The notes beneath the pieces were generated by a model. It ran no database searches. It saw nothing but the letters and a program-made list of their open reading frames with translations, and was not told where the DNA came from. A DNA stretch of 64,000 nt from an uncultured Leptospirales bacterium. GTDB lineage: Bacteria > Spirochaetota > UBA4802 > UBA5550. Shown here piece by piece: positions 48,918 to 58,664 of this stretch. The stretch's first letter is position 1; each line of letters starts with the position of its first letter. A program made the position numbers and the translations under genes. The DNA is taken from contig CAZBFP010000007.1 in NCBI GenBank assembly GCA_964491265.1, positions 58,177 through 122,176 of the forward strand, read 5' to 3'.

Positions 48918-48947
48918 ACATCTCTGTTGACAAAGCTTTTCATCTTT
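48918..48947 (+). promoter_or_regulatory. sigma70-like promoter (TTGACA-17 nt-TAAGAT) upstream of sdaA leader
   Basis: TTGACAAAGCTTTTCATCTTTGTTAAGAT read directly; about 135-nt leader to sdaA ATG. Confidence 0.4.
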
Positions 48948-49084
48948 GTTAAGATGTATCTGTATTATGAGGTGTTAAAGAGATAAAATGAACCGGTTAT
49001 TCTTTTTTCATCCATCCCCTGGCAGGGGGGCTCCAGCCGGTTCAGGTAAACTTTAACATAAAAAAATATCTGGAGCGATGACTC

Positions 49085-50290
49085 ATGAAAAGTCTTAGAG
49101 AGTTGTACAGGGTGGGCCATGGCCCCTCAAGCAGCCACACAATGGGTCCGGTTAATGCAGCAAAGGCTTTTCTTGAAAGAAATCCGGGTGCAGCCAGAAT
49201 TGATGTTATACTTTACGGGAGCCTGGCAGCAACCGGGAAGGGGCATCTTACTGACGTGGCTTTGAAGGAGTATTTTAAAGATTATCTGTTCAATATTATA
49301 TGGGAGCCTGATATTTCCCTTTCTCAACACCCCAATGGGATGCGTTTCATCTCTTATGATCCAGCCGGGAGCTTAATGGAAGAGTGGCTTGTATTCAGCA
49401 CAGGGGGGGGAGCTATTGATGATTTTTCCGCGCCTCCGGGTGACGGGGTAATTTATAAATTATTATCCATGGATGAGGCTCTGGTAATCTCCGCCTCATC
49501 AGGTCTTCCCCTGTGGCAGATTGTAATGGATATGGAGGGGAAAGGCTTTGATGAGTACCTGGCCTATATATGGGACTCAATGAAAAAGAGTATTAAAAGG
49601 GGACTTGAAAGAGAGGGGGCTCTTCCGGGAGGGCTTAATCTTCCGCGAAAGGCTCCATCCTACTATATAAAATCTGTAAAAAATACCGGCCCATTTGACA
49701 AGCTTAGTGTAATATTTGCATATGCTCTTGCAGTCTCCGAGGAGAATGCATCCGGGGGGGAGATCGTTACTGCTCCCACCTGCGGATCATGCGGGGTGCT
49801 TCCGGCAGTGCTTTACCTTATCCAGAAACAGTTTAAGCTGTCAGATATTAAAATATTCAATGCCCTTGCCACAGCCGGTTTAATAGGAAATATTGTTAAA
49901 CATAATGCTTCAATATCCGGAGCCGAAGTAGGGTGCCAGGGTGAGGTAGGAACAGCCTGCGCAATGGCAGCAGGAGCTGCAGCACAGCTTATGGGCGGCA
50001 GCCCCAGGCAGATTGAATACGCTGCTGAAATGGGAATGGAGCATCATCTGGGGCTCACATGTGATCCTGTTATGGGCCTTGTGCAGATACCATGTATAGA
50101 AAGGAATGCATTCGGAGCAGCCAGGGCAATCAACTGCGCATCATATGCGCTTCTCTCTGATGGTGAGCATAAAATAAGTTTTGATCAGGTTGTAGAAACA
50201 ATGTTCCGGACAGGAAAGGATCTTATGAGCTCATACAGGGAGACAGGCCGTGGAGGACTTGCTGCTATTGCTGCGGGGAGGAGAGTTTAG
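49085..50290 (+). CDS. sdaA: L-serine dehydratase (iron-sulfur dependent, single-chain)
   Basis: 401 aa; N-terminal YRVGHGPSSSHTMGP; Cys ligands in CGSCGV...C; both beta- and alpha-type regions. Confidence 0.9.
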   Translation: MKSLRELYRVGHGPSSSHTMGPVNAAKAFLERNPGAARIDVILYGSLAATGKGHLTDVALKEYFKDYLFNIIWEPDISLSQHPNGMRFISYDPAGSLMEEWLVFSTGGGAIDDFSAPPGDGVIYKLLSMDEALVISASSGLPLWQIVMDMEGKGFDEYLAYIWDSMKKSIKRGLEREGALPGGLNLPRKAPSYYIKSVKNTGPFDKLSVIFAYALAVSEENASGGEIVTAPTCGSCGVLPAVLYLIQKQFKLSDIKIFNALATAGLIGNIVKHNASISGAEVGCQGEVGTACAMAAGAAAQLMGGSPRQIEYAAEMGMEHHLGLTCDPVMGLVQIPCIERNAFGAARAINCASYALLSDGEHKISFDQVVETMFRTGKDLMSSYRETGRGGLAAIAAGRRV

Positions 50291-51016
50291 CAGCATATCC
50301 TTTGATTTTACTGTTATGGAAAAATATTGTTCAATAAAATCTGTAAGTACATTCAGGAGACCGGTCATATTTTCATAAGGGAAACGGCTATGGTCTATTG
50401 ATGAATATTTTTCTTTTATGGATAATTTGAGGAAATCAAGACTGCTCCTGTGGAGTACCTTATCCTCTCTGCTGCAGCAGCATGGGCATAGTATTTTCAG
50501 ATTTTTTGCAGTAAGGGAGTAGCTCCTGAAATCGGGATCCCCGCATGATGAGCATTCAGAAAATTGAGGGAGTATTCCCTGTATCTTTAAATACTGTATT
50601 ATAAAAAAGAGGGTAAAGTTGATTACCTCTTCAGCTTTACTCAGTCCCTTCAAAGCTGAAGCAAGGAGATTATAAATCCCTTCATCCGCATCACCGCAGC
50701 CTGTTGTCTTATCCGCAATTTCAAATATGTAGTAAAGGGCAAAAATTTTTTCTGCGCTTTTTTTTATTTCAGAGGGTATTGAAACAATATCAAACCGGGA
50801 AACTGTTCTCAGAGGAACCCCTTCTCTGGCGTAATAGTTTAAATCGAGCACAGTACCCGATTCCGAAGCTGAGGGGGAACGTTTTTTTGATTTTCTGAGT
50901 CCTTTGAAAATGAAGATTTCTCTTCCCGATTCTTTAGTGAATATTGAGCAGATGTAGTCCGCTTCACCTGAAAGTTTTCTTGATAAAACGATCCCCCTTC
51001 CTTTCCCGAGAGACAT
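50231..51016 (-). CDS. recO: DNA repair protein RecO
   Basis: 261 aa; N-terminal OB-fold region [39 protein letters not shown]; C-terminal zinc motif CSSCGDP...CPCC. Confidence 0.75.
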   Translation of the reverse strand: MSLGKGRGIVLSRKLSGEADYICSIFTKESGREIFIFKGLRKSKKRSPSASESGTVLDLNYYAREGVPLRTVSRFDIVSIPSEIKKSAEKIFALYYIFEIADKTTGCGDADEGIYNLLASALKGLSKAEEVINFTLFFIIQYLKIQGILPQFSECSSCGDPDFRSYSLTAKNLKILCPCCCSREDKVLHRSSLDFLKLSIKEKYSSIDHSRFPYENMTGLLNVLTDFIEQYFSITVKSKDMLLNSPPRSNSSKSSTACLPV

Positions 51017-51022
51017 GGAGCC

Positions 51023-51853
51023 TTATTTCTGCCTGGTAATAGTTACTGTAAGCCTTATAATACGGGTTCCGGATATATCTTTGATCTTGAAGTTGAGATT
51101 CTCATATTTTGTCACCTCATCTTTTTCAGGGATCCTTCCGAAAAGATCGAATACGAAACCGCCGATTGTATCAAAATCTTCTGAGGGTATATTAAGATTC
51201 AGTTCTTCATTAAAATCAGCAATAAGCATCCTGGGGTCAAATTCCCATGTGCTGGGACTTATCTTTTCAAGTTCCGGGAGTTCCTCTGCATCAAACTCGT
51301 CATTTATATCACCAACAATCTCTTCAAGAATATCCTCAAGAGTGACAATCCCTCCGACACCGCCATATTCATCAACAACAATGGCCAGGTGGAGTTTTTT
51401 CATCTTGAATTCAAGGAGCAGGTCATCAAGGGGCATTGTTTCAGGAACAAAAAACGGTTCGTGGAGAAGTTTTTTCAGGTTAAATTTTTTCGGTTTTTCA
51501 AGTAGAAGTTTTATCAGGTCTTTTACATAAAGTATCCCTATTATGTGGTCAACAGTGTCGTCATAGACCGGTACCCGGGAATGTCCTGCATGAATAATTA
51601 CTTTTATAAGTGCTTTCAGGTCTATATCTGAATCAATGGCTACTACATCTACTCTGGGTATCATTATATCCTTTGCGTTCTGATCTGCCAGGCCAAGTAC
51701 ACCTCTGATCATATCCTTGCGTGGAGCATCCAGCTGCTCATATGCATCAGCATCAAAGGAGTTCTCCTCTTTATTTTTAAAGGGTTTTTTTATATTGATA
51801 AGAAAATTTTTTAATCGGGAGCTACTTAAGGGGTCAGGGTTATCTGATGTCAT
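51023..51853 (-). CDS. CBS-pair + CorC_HlyC transporter-associated domain protein (CorC/YbeX-like)
   Basis: 276 aa; tandem CBS domains ([12 protein letters not shown]...; [20 protein letters not shown]) and C-terminal CorC_HlyC. Confidence 0.85.
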   Translation of the reverse strand: MTSDNPDPLSSSRLKNFLINIKKPFKNKEENSFDADAYEQLDAPRKDMIRGVLGLADQNAKDIMIPRVDVVAIDSDIDLKALIKVIIHAGHSRVPVYDDTVDHIIGILYVKDLIKLLLEKPKKFNLKKLLHEPFFVPETMPLDDLLLEFKMKKLHLAIVVDEYGGVGGIVTLEDILEEIVGDINDEFDAEELPELEKISPSTWEFDPRMLIADFNEELNLNIPSEDFDTIGGFVFDLFGRIPEKDEVTKYENLNFKIKDISGTRIIRLTVTITRQK

Positions 51854-51987
51854 GCCGGTTTATATTACCTCTGAATTTTTTATTCCCCTTTACTTTTCTG
51901 TTTCCGGTAAAGGGGGGTTTTAGAAAATAAATCTTTGCAAAAGAGATAAATTTCTGTCAACATTTAATTTTCTGCCCGGATCTTAAT

Positions 51988-52542
51988 CTATCCGGTGAAT
52001 ATGGTAAATTTTTTAATAGTTTCAAGGAGCTTTGCAGATATTTCTTTTGCATCCTTGGACGGGACATTGCTGTCATTGTAAAGGCTGTCTGCAATAAATT
52101 TTCTCATTGCAACATAAACATCACTTGTGGGATGAAAAATATATGAAAAGTAATCTCCATGCTTTTCAAGGATTGTAAATGATGAATAGAGCATTATAGG
52201 TTCTCTCGGGATCATAATCTTCATGTTTTTATTAGGTCCGATAATATCCATCTCAGCAAATCTGTAGGGGATGCTTTTGCTGTCTTCACGGTTTACAGGT
52301 TCAATATACTTTTTTGTAAATGATGCAGGTTCAACAAGGAGATGAGTTCTGTTCCCGTCTGTTTTAAAAGTGACTCCGTCATTTGTTCTGAAAATATCTT
52401 TTACGTTTCTGTATGCAGTTATTTCATAAATGGAGTAGTTGGTTCCTGGAGTAAAAAAAGCGGTAACTATAAAACCTCCGTCAGAGGGGATTGTCTCTGT
52501 CATATATGCCTTAATTAGAGATGTTGCCTTTGCCATATTCAA
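51988..52542 (-). CDS. hypothetical protein
   Basis: 184 aa; no recognisable motif. Confidence 0.4.
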   Translation of the reverse strand: MNMAKATSLIKAYMTETIPSDGGFIVTAFFTPGTNYSIYEITAYRNVKDIFRTNDGVTFKTDGNRTHLLVEPASFTKKYIEPVNREDSKSIPYRFAEMDIIGPNKNMKIMIPREPIMLYSSFTILEKHGDYFSYIFHPTSDVYVAMRKFIADSLYNDSNVPSKDAKEISAKLLETIKKFTIFTG

Positions 52543-52916
52543 TTCTCCATTGTAAAAAATTGTCTTGATTTATATGTTAATAATACAAAAGTTAATATTA
52601 AAATCAATTAAATTTTTCTTTTAAATAATTTCAATGATAATTCCTGAATTTTTATATACAGAAAAGGCTCTATTCTCCCCGTTGTCGATGGCGGCGGGGA
52701 GTTATGATCTGTTATTTTGCACTAAAATTCATTTTAATGGGTTGATATTTAAATAAGTTAAATTTTTATAGGCAATTATTTATGTTGATAATTTTCATCT
52801 GTCAGGTGGCAGTTATGCTCTAAAAGATCAGCTGCTGCAGATTTAATAAACATATTATACAGTTGGAAATAGAGCATAAAGCGTATCGAAAAAAACTGAA
52901 TCACCAGGAAAGCAAA

Positions 52917-53705
52917 ATGAAAGATTTTTTTTCACCGGAACCCCTTATCTTTGCCAGTCAGGGGGGGGTGAACAGCTACCCCCGGAATACAATCCCCTGC
53001 TTTGAAGAGGCTTTCAGGCTCGGGGCTGATGTGGTCTGTATTAATGTACACCCTTCAAAAGATGGAATATTTATGGTTCTTCCTGATGAAAAAATTGAGG
53101 GGTTTGGCGGTGTAAACGGACCAGCTGCAGAATATAATGCTGCTGAGCTTGAAGAGATTGATGCAGGATATAATTATACTGATGGAGAGGAAAATTATCC
53201 CTTCAGGGGTAAGGGGATGAAGTTTGTGTCACTTGAGGAGCTGCTCAATTATTTCCCCGACAAAAAATTTAATATTACTCTTCTATGTAAAGATATTAAA
53301 ACTGTAAAGGAATACGGATCTTTAATTAAAAGATGCGGTGCCGAGTCGAGGATCCTTACTGTATCTCTATATGGCAAAGTGATAAAGGAGGTGCGGAAAA
53401 TACTTCCCGGAACAGCAACAGCCTTTTCTATTTCCGGGCTACTTGGTGTATATGCGCTTTTTAAGTCAGGACTCCTCTTTTTTGTTTCATCATTTGCTGC
53501 TGACGCGCTTCAGACTGCAGAGAAGATTGGAGCTTCATATATAGCAAATGGAGGACTTATTCGCCAGATGCAGGACAGGGGTGTGAAGGTTCATGTCTGG
53601 GGTGTGAATAATGAAACTCAGCTGAAGAGGCTCTATGACGCCGGTGCTGACGGGTATGTAACAGATCATGTAGAAATGGTGAAAGAGTTTCTTGATAAGG
53701 CCTGA
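52917..53705 (+). CDS. glycerophosphodiester phosphodiesterase (GDPD) family protein
   Basis: ORF track 52863..53705; ATG 52917 with AGGAAAG RBS; GDPD-like motifs (FASQGGVNSYPRNTIPCFEEA, HVWGVNN). Confidence 0.6.
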   Translation: MKDFFSPEPLIFASQGGVNSYPRNTIPCFEEAFRLGADVVCINVHPSKDGIFMVLPDEKIEGFGGVNGPAAEYNAAELEEIDAGYNYTDGEENYPFRGKGMKFVSLEELLNYFPDKKFNITLLCKDIKTVKEYGSLIKRCGAESRILTVSLYGKVIKEVRKILPGTATAFSISGLLGVYALFKSGLLFFVSSFAADALQTAEKIGASYIANGGLIRQMQDRGVKVHVWGVNNETQLKRLYDAGADGYVTDHVEMVKEFLDKA

Positions 53706-53706
53706 T

Positions 53707-54072
53707 TTACTTCAGCTTATCATAGATTTTTTCCTCATAGGCAGGATCGATTTTTCGTAATCCCCTTGTTTCCATTATTATGTTATAGCGGAGCTGTTTT
53801 TCATTGAGCTTGAGCCGCAGTTCTTTTCTATCCTCTTCGTTTGTGCAGGCATTGAGGAGTGTGGAAATATTAACTATGCTTTTTTTCAGTTCAATTTCCT
53901 CAGGAACTACTCCGGCGTTTTTGAGGATCTTATATGCCATGCGGAGATCTTCAGGCACATGATCCAGGTTGTCATGCTCAAGGGGTTTCCCCTTGTTTGG
54001 GAGATTATCAAAGGCACCCTCTGCCATGGCCTGTTCTATTCTTTTTTCAGCAATAAATTCAAATATTGACAT
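53707..54072 (-). CDS. DUF1992 (DnaJ-C28-like) domain protein
   Basis: 121 aa; RIEQAMAEGAFDNLPNKGKPLEHDNLDHVPEDLRMAYKILKNAGVVPEE matches DUF1992 signature. Confidence 0.7.
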   Translation of the reverse strand: MSIFEFIAEKRIEQAMAEGAFDNLPNKGKPLEHDNLDHVPEDLRMAYKILKNAGVVPEEIELKKSIVNISTLLNACTNEEDRKELRLKLNEKQLRYNIIMETRGLRKIDPAYEEKIYDKLK

Positions 54073-54183
54073 ATTAATAGCCCGGATATAATATTATCTG
54101 AATATAATCAGTAAAGAGCGGGGCAATGTCAATTTTTTTTCTTTATAAAAAAGGTTCTATATTATCACTAATCCGCAGACCAT

Positions 54184-54281
54184 GTCATTCCCGCGCATAT
54201 TTCGGCAAGCTCAATACAGGTGCGGGAATCTCAGGACTTTCTGACTTTTATGGAGATTCCGGCACTTTGGCCGGAATGACA
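54184..54281. repeat. double-hairpin repeat GTCATTCCCGCGCA...TGCGGGAATC + GATTCCGGCACTTTGGCCGGAATGAC
   Basis: Same family as 40905..40990 and 44084..44172. Confidence 0.6.
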
Positions 54282-54309
54282 GTACCCGCAAAATCGCAGT
54301 GGAGGAAGA

Positions 54310-55311
54310 ATGAAAGAAGTTTATCCTGGAATATTTGTTATAGAGGAAAAGGGAGTTTTAAGATCATTAAAACCTCCGGTGAACATTTATGTGATCATAG
54401 GCCCTGACGGCCTTATTTATGATAGCGGATACGGCAGCAGAAGCAGCATTAAACATTTTTCAAGGGAACTGGCAAAAATCAATAAATTATGCCTTGAAAG
54501 GAATGAAAAAAATAATATATCGCGAATACTCTTAAGTCATGCCCACGCTGATCATTATTCAGGACTAAAGCCTTTAAGGGGAAGGTATGGATTTAAAATA
54601 ATTCTAACTGAACGGATGGCAGGTATAATTAAAAGCCGTGCAGCCTATGCTGAATCTTTCAGGATTGATAAACCGGAAACTGCTTCCAGTATAATATACG
54701 GGCTTAAAAATTTTATTAAAAATATAAAGCGTTTTATTGAAATATGGATTTATATCCGCTACTGGGGTGTAACCTTTGTCAGCGACCCTGATGAAATAAT
54801 TGAAGATAATTCAGAAATTATAATCAATAGTGAATCATGGGAAATATTTCCTTCACCCGGTCACTCAGATGATCATATCTCACTTTACAACAGAGAAAAG
54901 GGGATACTTCTTTCCGGGGACAATGTTTTGCGCAGTGTTAATGTGTGGCTGGGCCCGCCTAAATCTGATCTTGATGCTTATGAAAAAACAATAAGTGATT
55001 TTATGGCACTAAAAAATATTCAGATTATTCTCCCTGCACATGGAAAGCCTGTAACAGATCCCTATGACAGGCTCGATGAAATTTTAAGGTGGCGCAGAAA
55101 GCGGACAGCAGATGTAAGGGCTATTGTTAAAGATATGGGGGGAAGGGATTTCACCATTGATGAAATACTTGCATCTCTATACCCGTCACAGGGGAAGATG
55201 AAGCGTGAGTTCGCCCGGGGCTGGGTGGAACTGACAATTGCAAAGCTCATTCAGGAGGGGCTGATAAAGAGGGGTGAAGGCCCTGAATTTTTTTATGAAG
55301 GAAGGGATTAG
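54310..55311 (+). CDS. MBL-fold metallo-hydrolase
   Basis: 333 aa; HxHxDH motif LLSHAHADHYSG; downstream H/D ligands. Confidence 0.85.
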   Translation: MKEVYPGIFVIEEKGVLRSLKPPVNIYVIIGPDGLIYDSGYGSRSSIKHFSRELAKINKLCLERNEKNNISRILLSHAHADHYSGLKPLRGRYGFKIILTERMAGIIKSRAAYAESFRIDKPETASSIIYGLKNFIKNIKRFIEIWIYIRYWGVTFVSDPDEIIEDNSEIIINSESWEIFPSPGHSDDHISLYNREKGILLSGDNVLRSVNVWLGPPKSDLDAYEKTISDFMALKNIQIILPAHGKPVTDPYDRLDEILRWRRKRTADVRAIVKDMGGRDFTIDEILASLYPSQGKMKREFARGWVELTIAKLIQEGLIKRGEGPEFFYEGRD

Positions 55312-55319
55312 GTATTGTC

Positions 55320-55703
55320 TTACCATGCTTCAGTCTTGATGAATTCCAACTGGTTTAAATGTTTATCCCTGGTCACAATAATCATATTTTTTTCTTTTGC
55401 AATAGCAGCTATCCAGATATCATTCTCTGGTATCGGGTTGCCTGCTATTTTTAATAAGTGCCTGATTTCTGCGTAGTATTCTGAAGTAATTTCACTTATG
55501 TTATGGATAATGCAATGTTTGAAGAGCTCCTTATAAAGCATGGTGTTTTCAATGGGATTGCCTGAGTTGTTGGCTCCGAAAAGCATTTCTCCTACTGTAA
55601 CTACACTGATATTTACTTCTTGCTCTGAAGAAAGTTTAGATACTATGTTTGTATCATTCTTTAAAAAACCGATTATAATATTGGTATCGAATAAATAGCT
55701 CAT
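55320..55703 (-). CDS. vapC: PIN-domain toxin (VapC-like)
   Basis: ORF track 55320..55733; start ATG 55703 (MSYLFDTNIIIG; conserved acidic D); overlaps antitoxin stop by 4 nt. Confidence 0.8.
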   Translation of the reverse strand: MSYLFDTNIIIGFLKNDTNIVSKLSSEQEVNISVVTVGEMLFGANNSGNPIENTMLYKELFKHCIIHNISEITSEYYAEIRHLLKIAGNPIPENDIWIAAIAKEKNMIIVTRDKHLNQLEFIKTEAW

Positions 55704-55933
55704 ACCCAGCTTGCCAGGTCGATTTTTCTGCATTCTTCAACACTATTCAGCATCATCGCGCCTTCTTCGCTATTAAGTTTGCCGGCAAAATCAAGGAAGC
55801 TTTTTATTTCAGTTTTTTCATCCAATGGAAGAATGATGATTTCCACATTCATGTTTCTGAATTTTTTTATCTTTTCATTTTCAATAAAGAGACCTTTTTC
55901 AGATATATATTCTTTTAACTTTATAGCTTCCAT
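55700..55933 (-). CDS. antitoxin, AbrB/MazE-like swapped-hairpin fold (VapB-like)
   Basis: 77 aa immediately upstream of and overlapping PIN gene; segment KFRNMNVEIIILPLDE resembles SpoVT/AbrB core. Confidence 0.55.
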   Translation of the reverse strand: MEAIKLKEYISEKGLFIENEKIKKFRNMNVEIIILPLDEKTEIKSFLDFAGKLNSEEGAMMLNSVEECRKIDLASWV

Positions 55934-56038
55934 ATATTAAACTCCATTAAAAGTCTGGCATCAAATTAAACGGTGATATGATCTGAAAAATAATTTATTC
56001 TAAAGTTAGTTATAGATTAAAAATTTGTCAAACTAAAA

Positions 56039-57013
56039 TTACTGCTTCGCAGCCCTTATAAACTCCGGAATAAAATCCTCAATCCTTTCCACAATACTTA
56101 TATCCGCCATTCTGTGAATAGGCGCATCAGGATCTCTGTTTATTGCCACAATTGTACCTGCTCCGCGCAGCCCTGCCATATGCTGGGGTGAACCGGAAAT
56201 TCCGCAGGCAAAATAGATCCGCGGTGAAATGCTCTTCCCTGTCATCCCCACCTGAAGCGCATAATCTGTAAGCCCAATGTCGCAGGCGCCCCGTGATCCG
56301 GCAATTGAAGATCCGGGGAATAGACGGGCAAGATCCCTGAGCAGAGACATGTTCTCCTCTGTGGCAACCCCTTTCCCTGCTGCAATAACAACAGGCGCAC
56401 GGAGCAGATCCCCGGCTCTCGGTACCGATTCTTTAAGTAAAACTTCAACAGTCCTTTCCAGTGATGCATTTACCTTTTTTACAGAAATTGAAGGAGCTGA
56501 TTCATTCCTGATTTGCGGAACTTTACCTGGTGAGGGATTTACAGTAATAACAGCTTTACCGCATTCCGGAACTACTTCAGATACAATGCGGCCCCCTGCA
56601 TATAGCCTTTGAAATGCCGCATTATCATTATGCTTTCTTATACCCGTAACAGCAGTTATGCATGGGATTTCAAGATGTATCGCAAGTCCCGGTGCATAGT
56701 CGTATCCCTGCGGGGTGTGGGGAATAATAATGAAGTGTGAAGGTGAATTACGGAAAAAACCGGATAAAACCTCAATGTATCCTTCAGCGCTGTAATCAGC
56801 AAGTTTACTGTTCAGGAGCACTTCCAGATCAATATTAAATTCTTTAATAAATTTTTCTTCATCAATAAAATGTTCATCAGAGAGAACCACTCCTCTAAGG
56901 CTGCACCTCTTTATTGAGGCCAGGTAAAGCGCGGAATTTACAGCGTCAATGCTGTGCTGGGTAATAATCCCCTTTCTATGCTCAATAATAACGGTTATCA
57001 TATATTCTCTCAT
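56039..57013 (-). CDS. etfA: electron transfer flavoprotein alpha subunit
   Basis: 324 aa; FAD-binding C-terminal region IVAINRDPDAPIHRMADISIVERIEDFIPE; RBS GAGGGGAG inside etfB 3' end. Confidence 0.9.
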   Translation of the reverse strand: MREYMITVIIEHRKGIITQHSIDAVNSALYLASIKRCSLRGVVLSDEHFIDEEKFIKEFNIDLEVLLNSKLADYSAEGYIEVLSGFFRNSPSHFIIIPHTPQGYDYAPGLAIHLEIPCITAVTGIRKHNDNAAFQRLYAGGRIVSEVVPECGKAVITVNPSPGKVPQIRNESAPSISVKKVNASLERTVEVLLKESVPRAGDLLRAPVVIAAGKGVATEENMSLLRDLARLFPGSSIAGSRGACDIGLTDYALQVGMTGKSISPRIYFACGISGSPQHMAGLRGAGTIVAINRDPDAPIHRMADISIVERIEDFIPEFIRAAKQ

Positions 57014-57016
57014 AGC

Positions 57017-57787
57017 TTAAATCTCCCCTCTGCTTCTAAGAATGGCAAGGAGAGCCTGTGATTTTTCACCGGTATTACCATTGAGTTCTACAGCACCTTT
57101 TTTCGATTCAGGGAAGTGGAGTGAAATTATTTCTACGGGGCATATTGCATCCGGTGGAGGTCCAATTTCTATAAGAGGAACCGGTTTGATCTTAGCACTA
57201 AGTTTATTGCTTAAAGAGGGGTATCTTGGCCTGTTTATTCCTGATTGTACTGTGATTAGAGCAGGGAGCTTTAATGTGACAATCTCAAGTGTAGCGGAGT
57301 CGATCTCCCTTTCCGCTTTAACACTATTGTTCTGAACATCAACTGACATAGCGGTGACAGAGGAGGCCCAGGGATAATTTATGAGAGCGGCAATTGACGG
57401 GCCTGTGATAAATTCCATGTTGTCATCTGACATTACTCCTGTGAGTATAAGGTCATAATTTTTATCTTTTACAAAAGCTGCAATTAATGCTGAAGCAGGG
57501 GGATCATTATGCGGTTCCTTTTTCAGAATAAAGCCTTTGTCAGCGCCCATTTCCAGGGCACGGCGGATTACCGGTATCTGAAGTTGAGTCCCTGCTGTTA
57601 TAACATCCAATTCTGTACCGGGGATAGTATCTTTAAGTTTTAATCCCTCTTCAAGGGCATATTCATCGGAGCTATTAATGATGAAGCTGCTTTTATCCCG
57701 GTCATAAATGAGGGAATTTGTGTCAAAATCTATTTCAGGTTTTGATTCGCTATGAGGTACTTCTTTTATGCACACAAGTATTTTCAT
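57017..57787 (-). CDS. etfB: electron transfer flavoprotein beta subunit
   Basis: 256 aa; MKILVCIKEVP N-terminus typical of EtfB; 4 nt upstream of etfA. Confidence 0.9.
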   Translation of the reverse strand: MKILVCIKEVPHSESKPEIDFDTNSLIYDRDKSSFIINSSDEYALEEGLKLKDTIPGTELDVITAGTQLQIPVIRRALEMGADKGFILKKEPHNDPPASALIAAFVKDKNYDLILTGVMSDDNMEFITGPSIAALINYPWASSVTAMSVDVQNNSVKAEREIDSATLEIVTLKLPALITVQSGINRPRYPSLSNKLSAKIKPVPLIEIGPPPDAICPVEIISLHFPESKKGAVELNGNTGEKSQALLAILRSRGEI

Positions 57788-57913
57788 AATTTATCTGCTC
57801 CCTTTAAACTGAATATAAAGAGGAATTGTGAAATGTCAAATAAAAAACGAGCGTTCGCTATATTTTTCTTGACATTTTTATCCTTCCCCTTATTATGATT
57901 CATGAGAGGTCAT

Positions 57914-58621
57914 ATGAGTGAGATGATAATGATAAGACATGGTCAGGCATCATTCGGAGGGGAAACTTATGACCGTATCTCCCCCATGGGTATTGCCCAG
58001 AGCCGCACCAGCGCCGCATTTTTCCTCAATTCAGGATACAGCTTTAATGCCCTGTTTTCCGGAACACTCCAGCGTCAGAGAGAATCAGCATCAGCATTTA
58101 TCGATTATTATAAAGAAGCCGGTATCACGATTCCATATGCCGATCCCATGGAAGGCCTTAATGAACATAAAAGTGAAGAGATAGTGAAGGGGATTCTCCC
58201 GTATGTAATTAAGGATAATCCTTCATTATCTGAAGATGCGTCAAAACTCTTCACAGACAGGGCTGCCTTCCAGCGTGTTTATGAAAAGGTTATGCTCAGG
58301 TGGGTTTCGGGAGTTGATGATATCCCCGGCCTGCAGAGATGGGTTGAGTTTAAAGCCGGTGTTAAAGCGGCGATTGATAAAATAACTGATACTGCAGAGC
58401 AGGGGAGCACTATAGCTGTTTTTACATCAGGGGGGGTAATTGCCGCATCTGTGCAGATTGCTTTATCGATTCCTGATGAAAATGCAATAAGGTTAAGCTG
58501 GCATATTGCAAACGGTTCGTTAACCAGGTTTAAATTCAGCAAAAAAGGTTTTGCCCTGGCATCTTTCAACTGCTTCAGCCATCTGGAGATAGCGGGTAAA
58601 GAGATGTTAACATACAGGTAA
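57914..58621 (+). CDS. histidine phosphatase (phosphoglycerate-mutase-like) family protein
   Basis: ORF track 57902..58621; catalytic RHG motif MIRHGQASFG. Confidence 0.75.
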   Translation: MSEMIMIRHGQASFGGETYDRISPMGIAQSRTSAAFFLNSGYSFNALFSGTLQRQRESASAFIDYYKEAGITIPYADPMEGLNEHKSEEIVKGILPYVIKDNPSLSEDASKLFTDRAAFQRVYEKVMLRWVSGVDDIPGLQRWVEFKAGVKAAIDKITDTAEQGSTIAVFTSGGVIAASVQIALSIPDENAIRLSWHIANGSLTRFKFSKKGFALASFNCFSHLEIAGKEMLTYR

Positions 58622-58664
58622 AAGCAATATTAATAAAATAAAAATAAGCGTAACGAGGTGATAC

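Noticed and set aside
51015-51530. 171-aa Ser-rich ORF on the + strand
   Set aside because: It is antisense to the CorC/CBS gene, which has clear domain motifs. The low-complexity S-rich translation is typical of an antisense frame.
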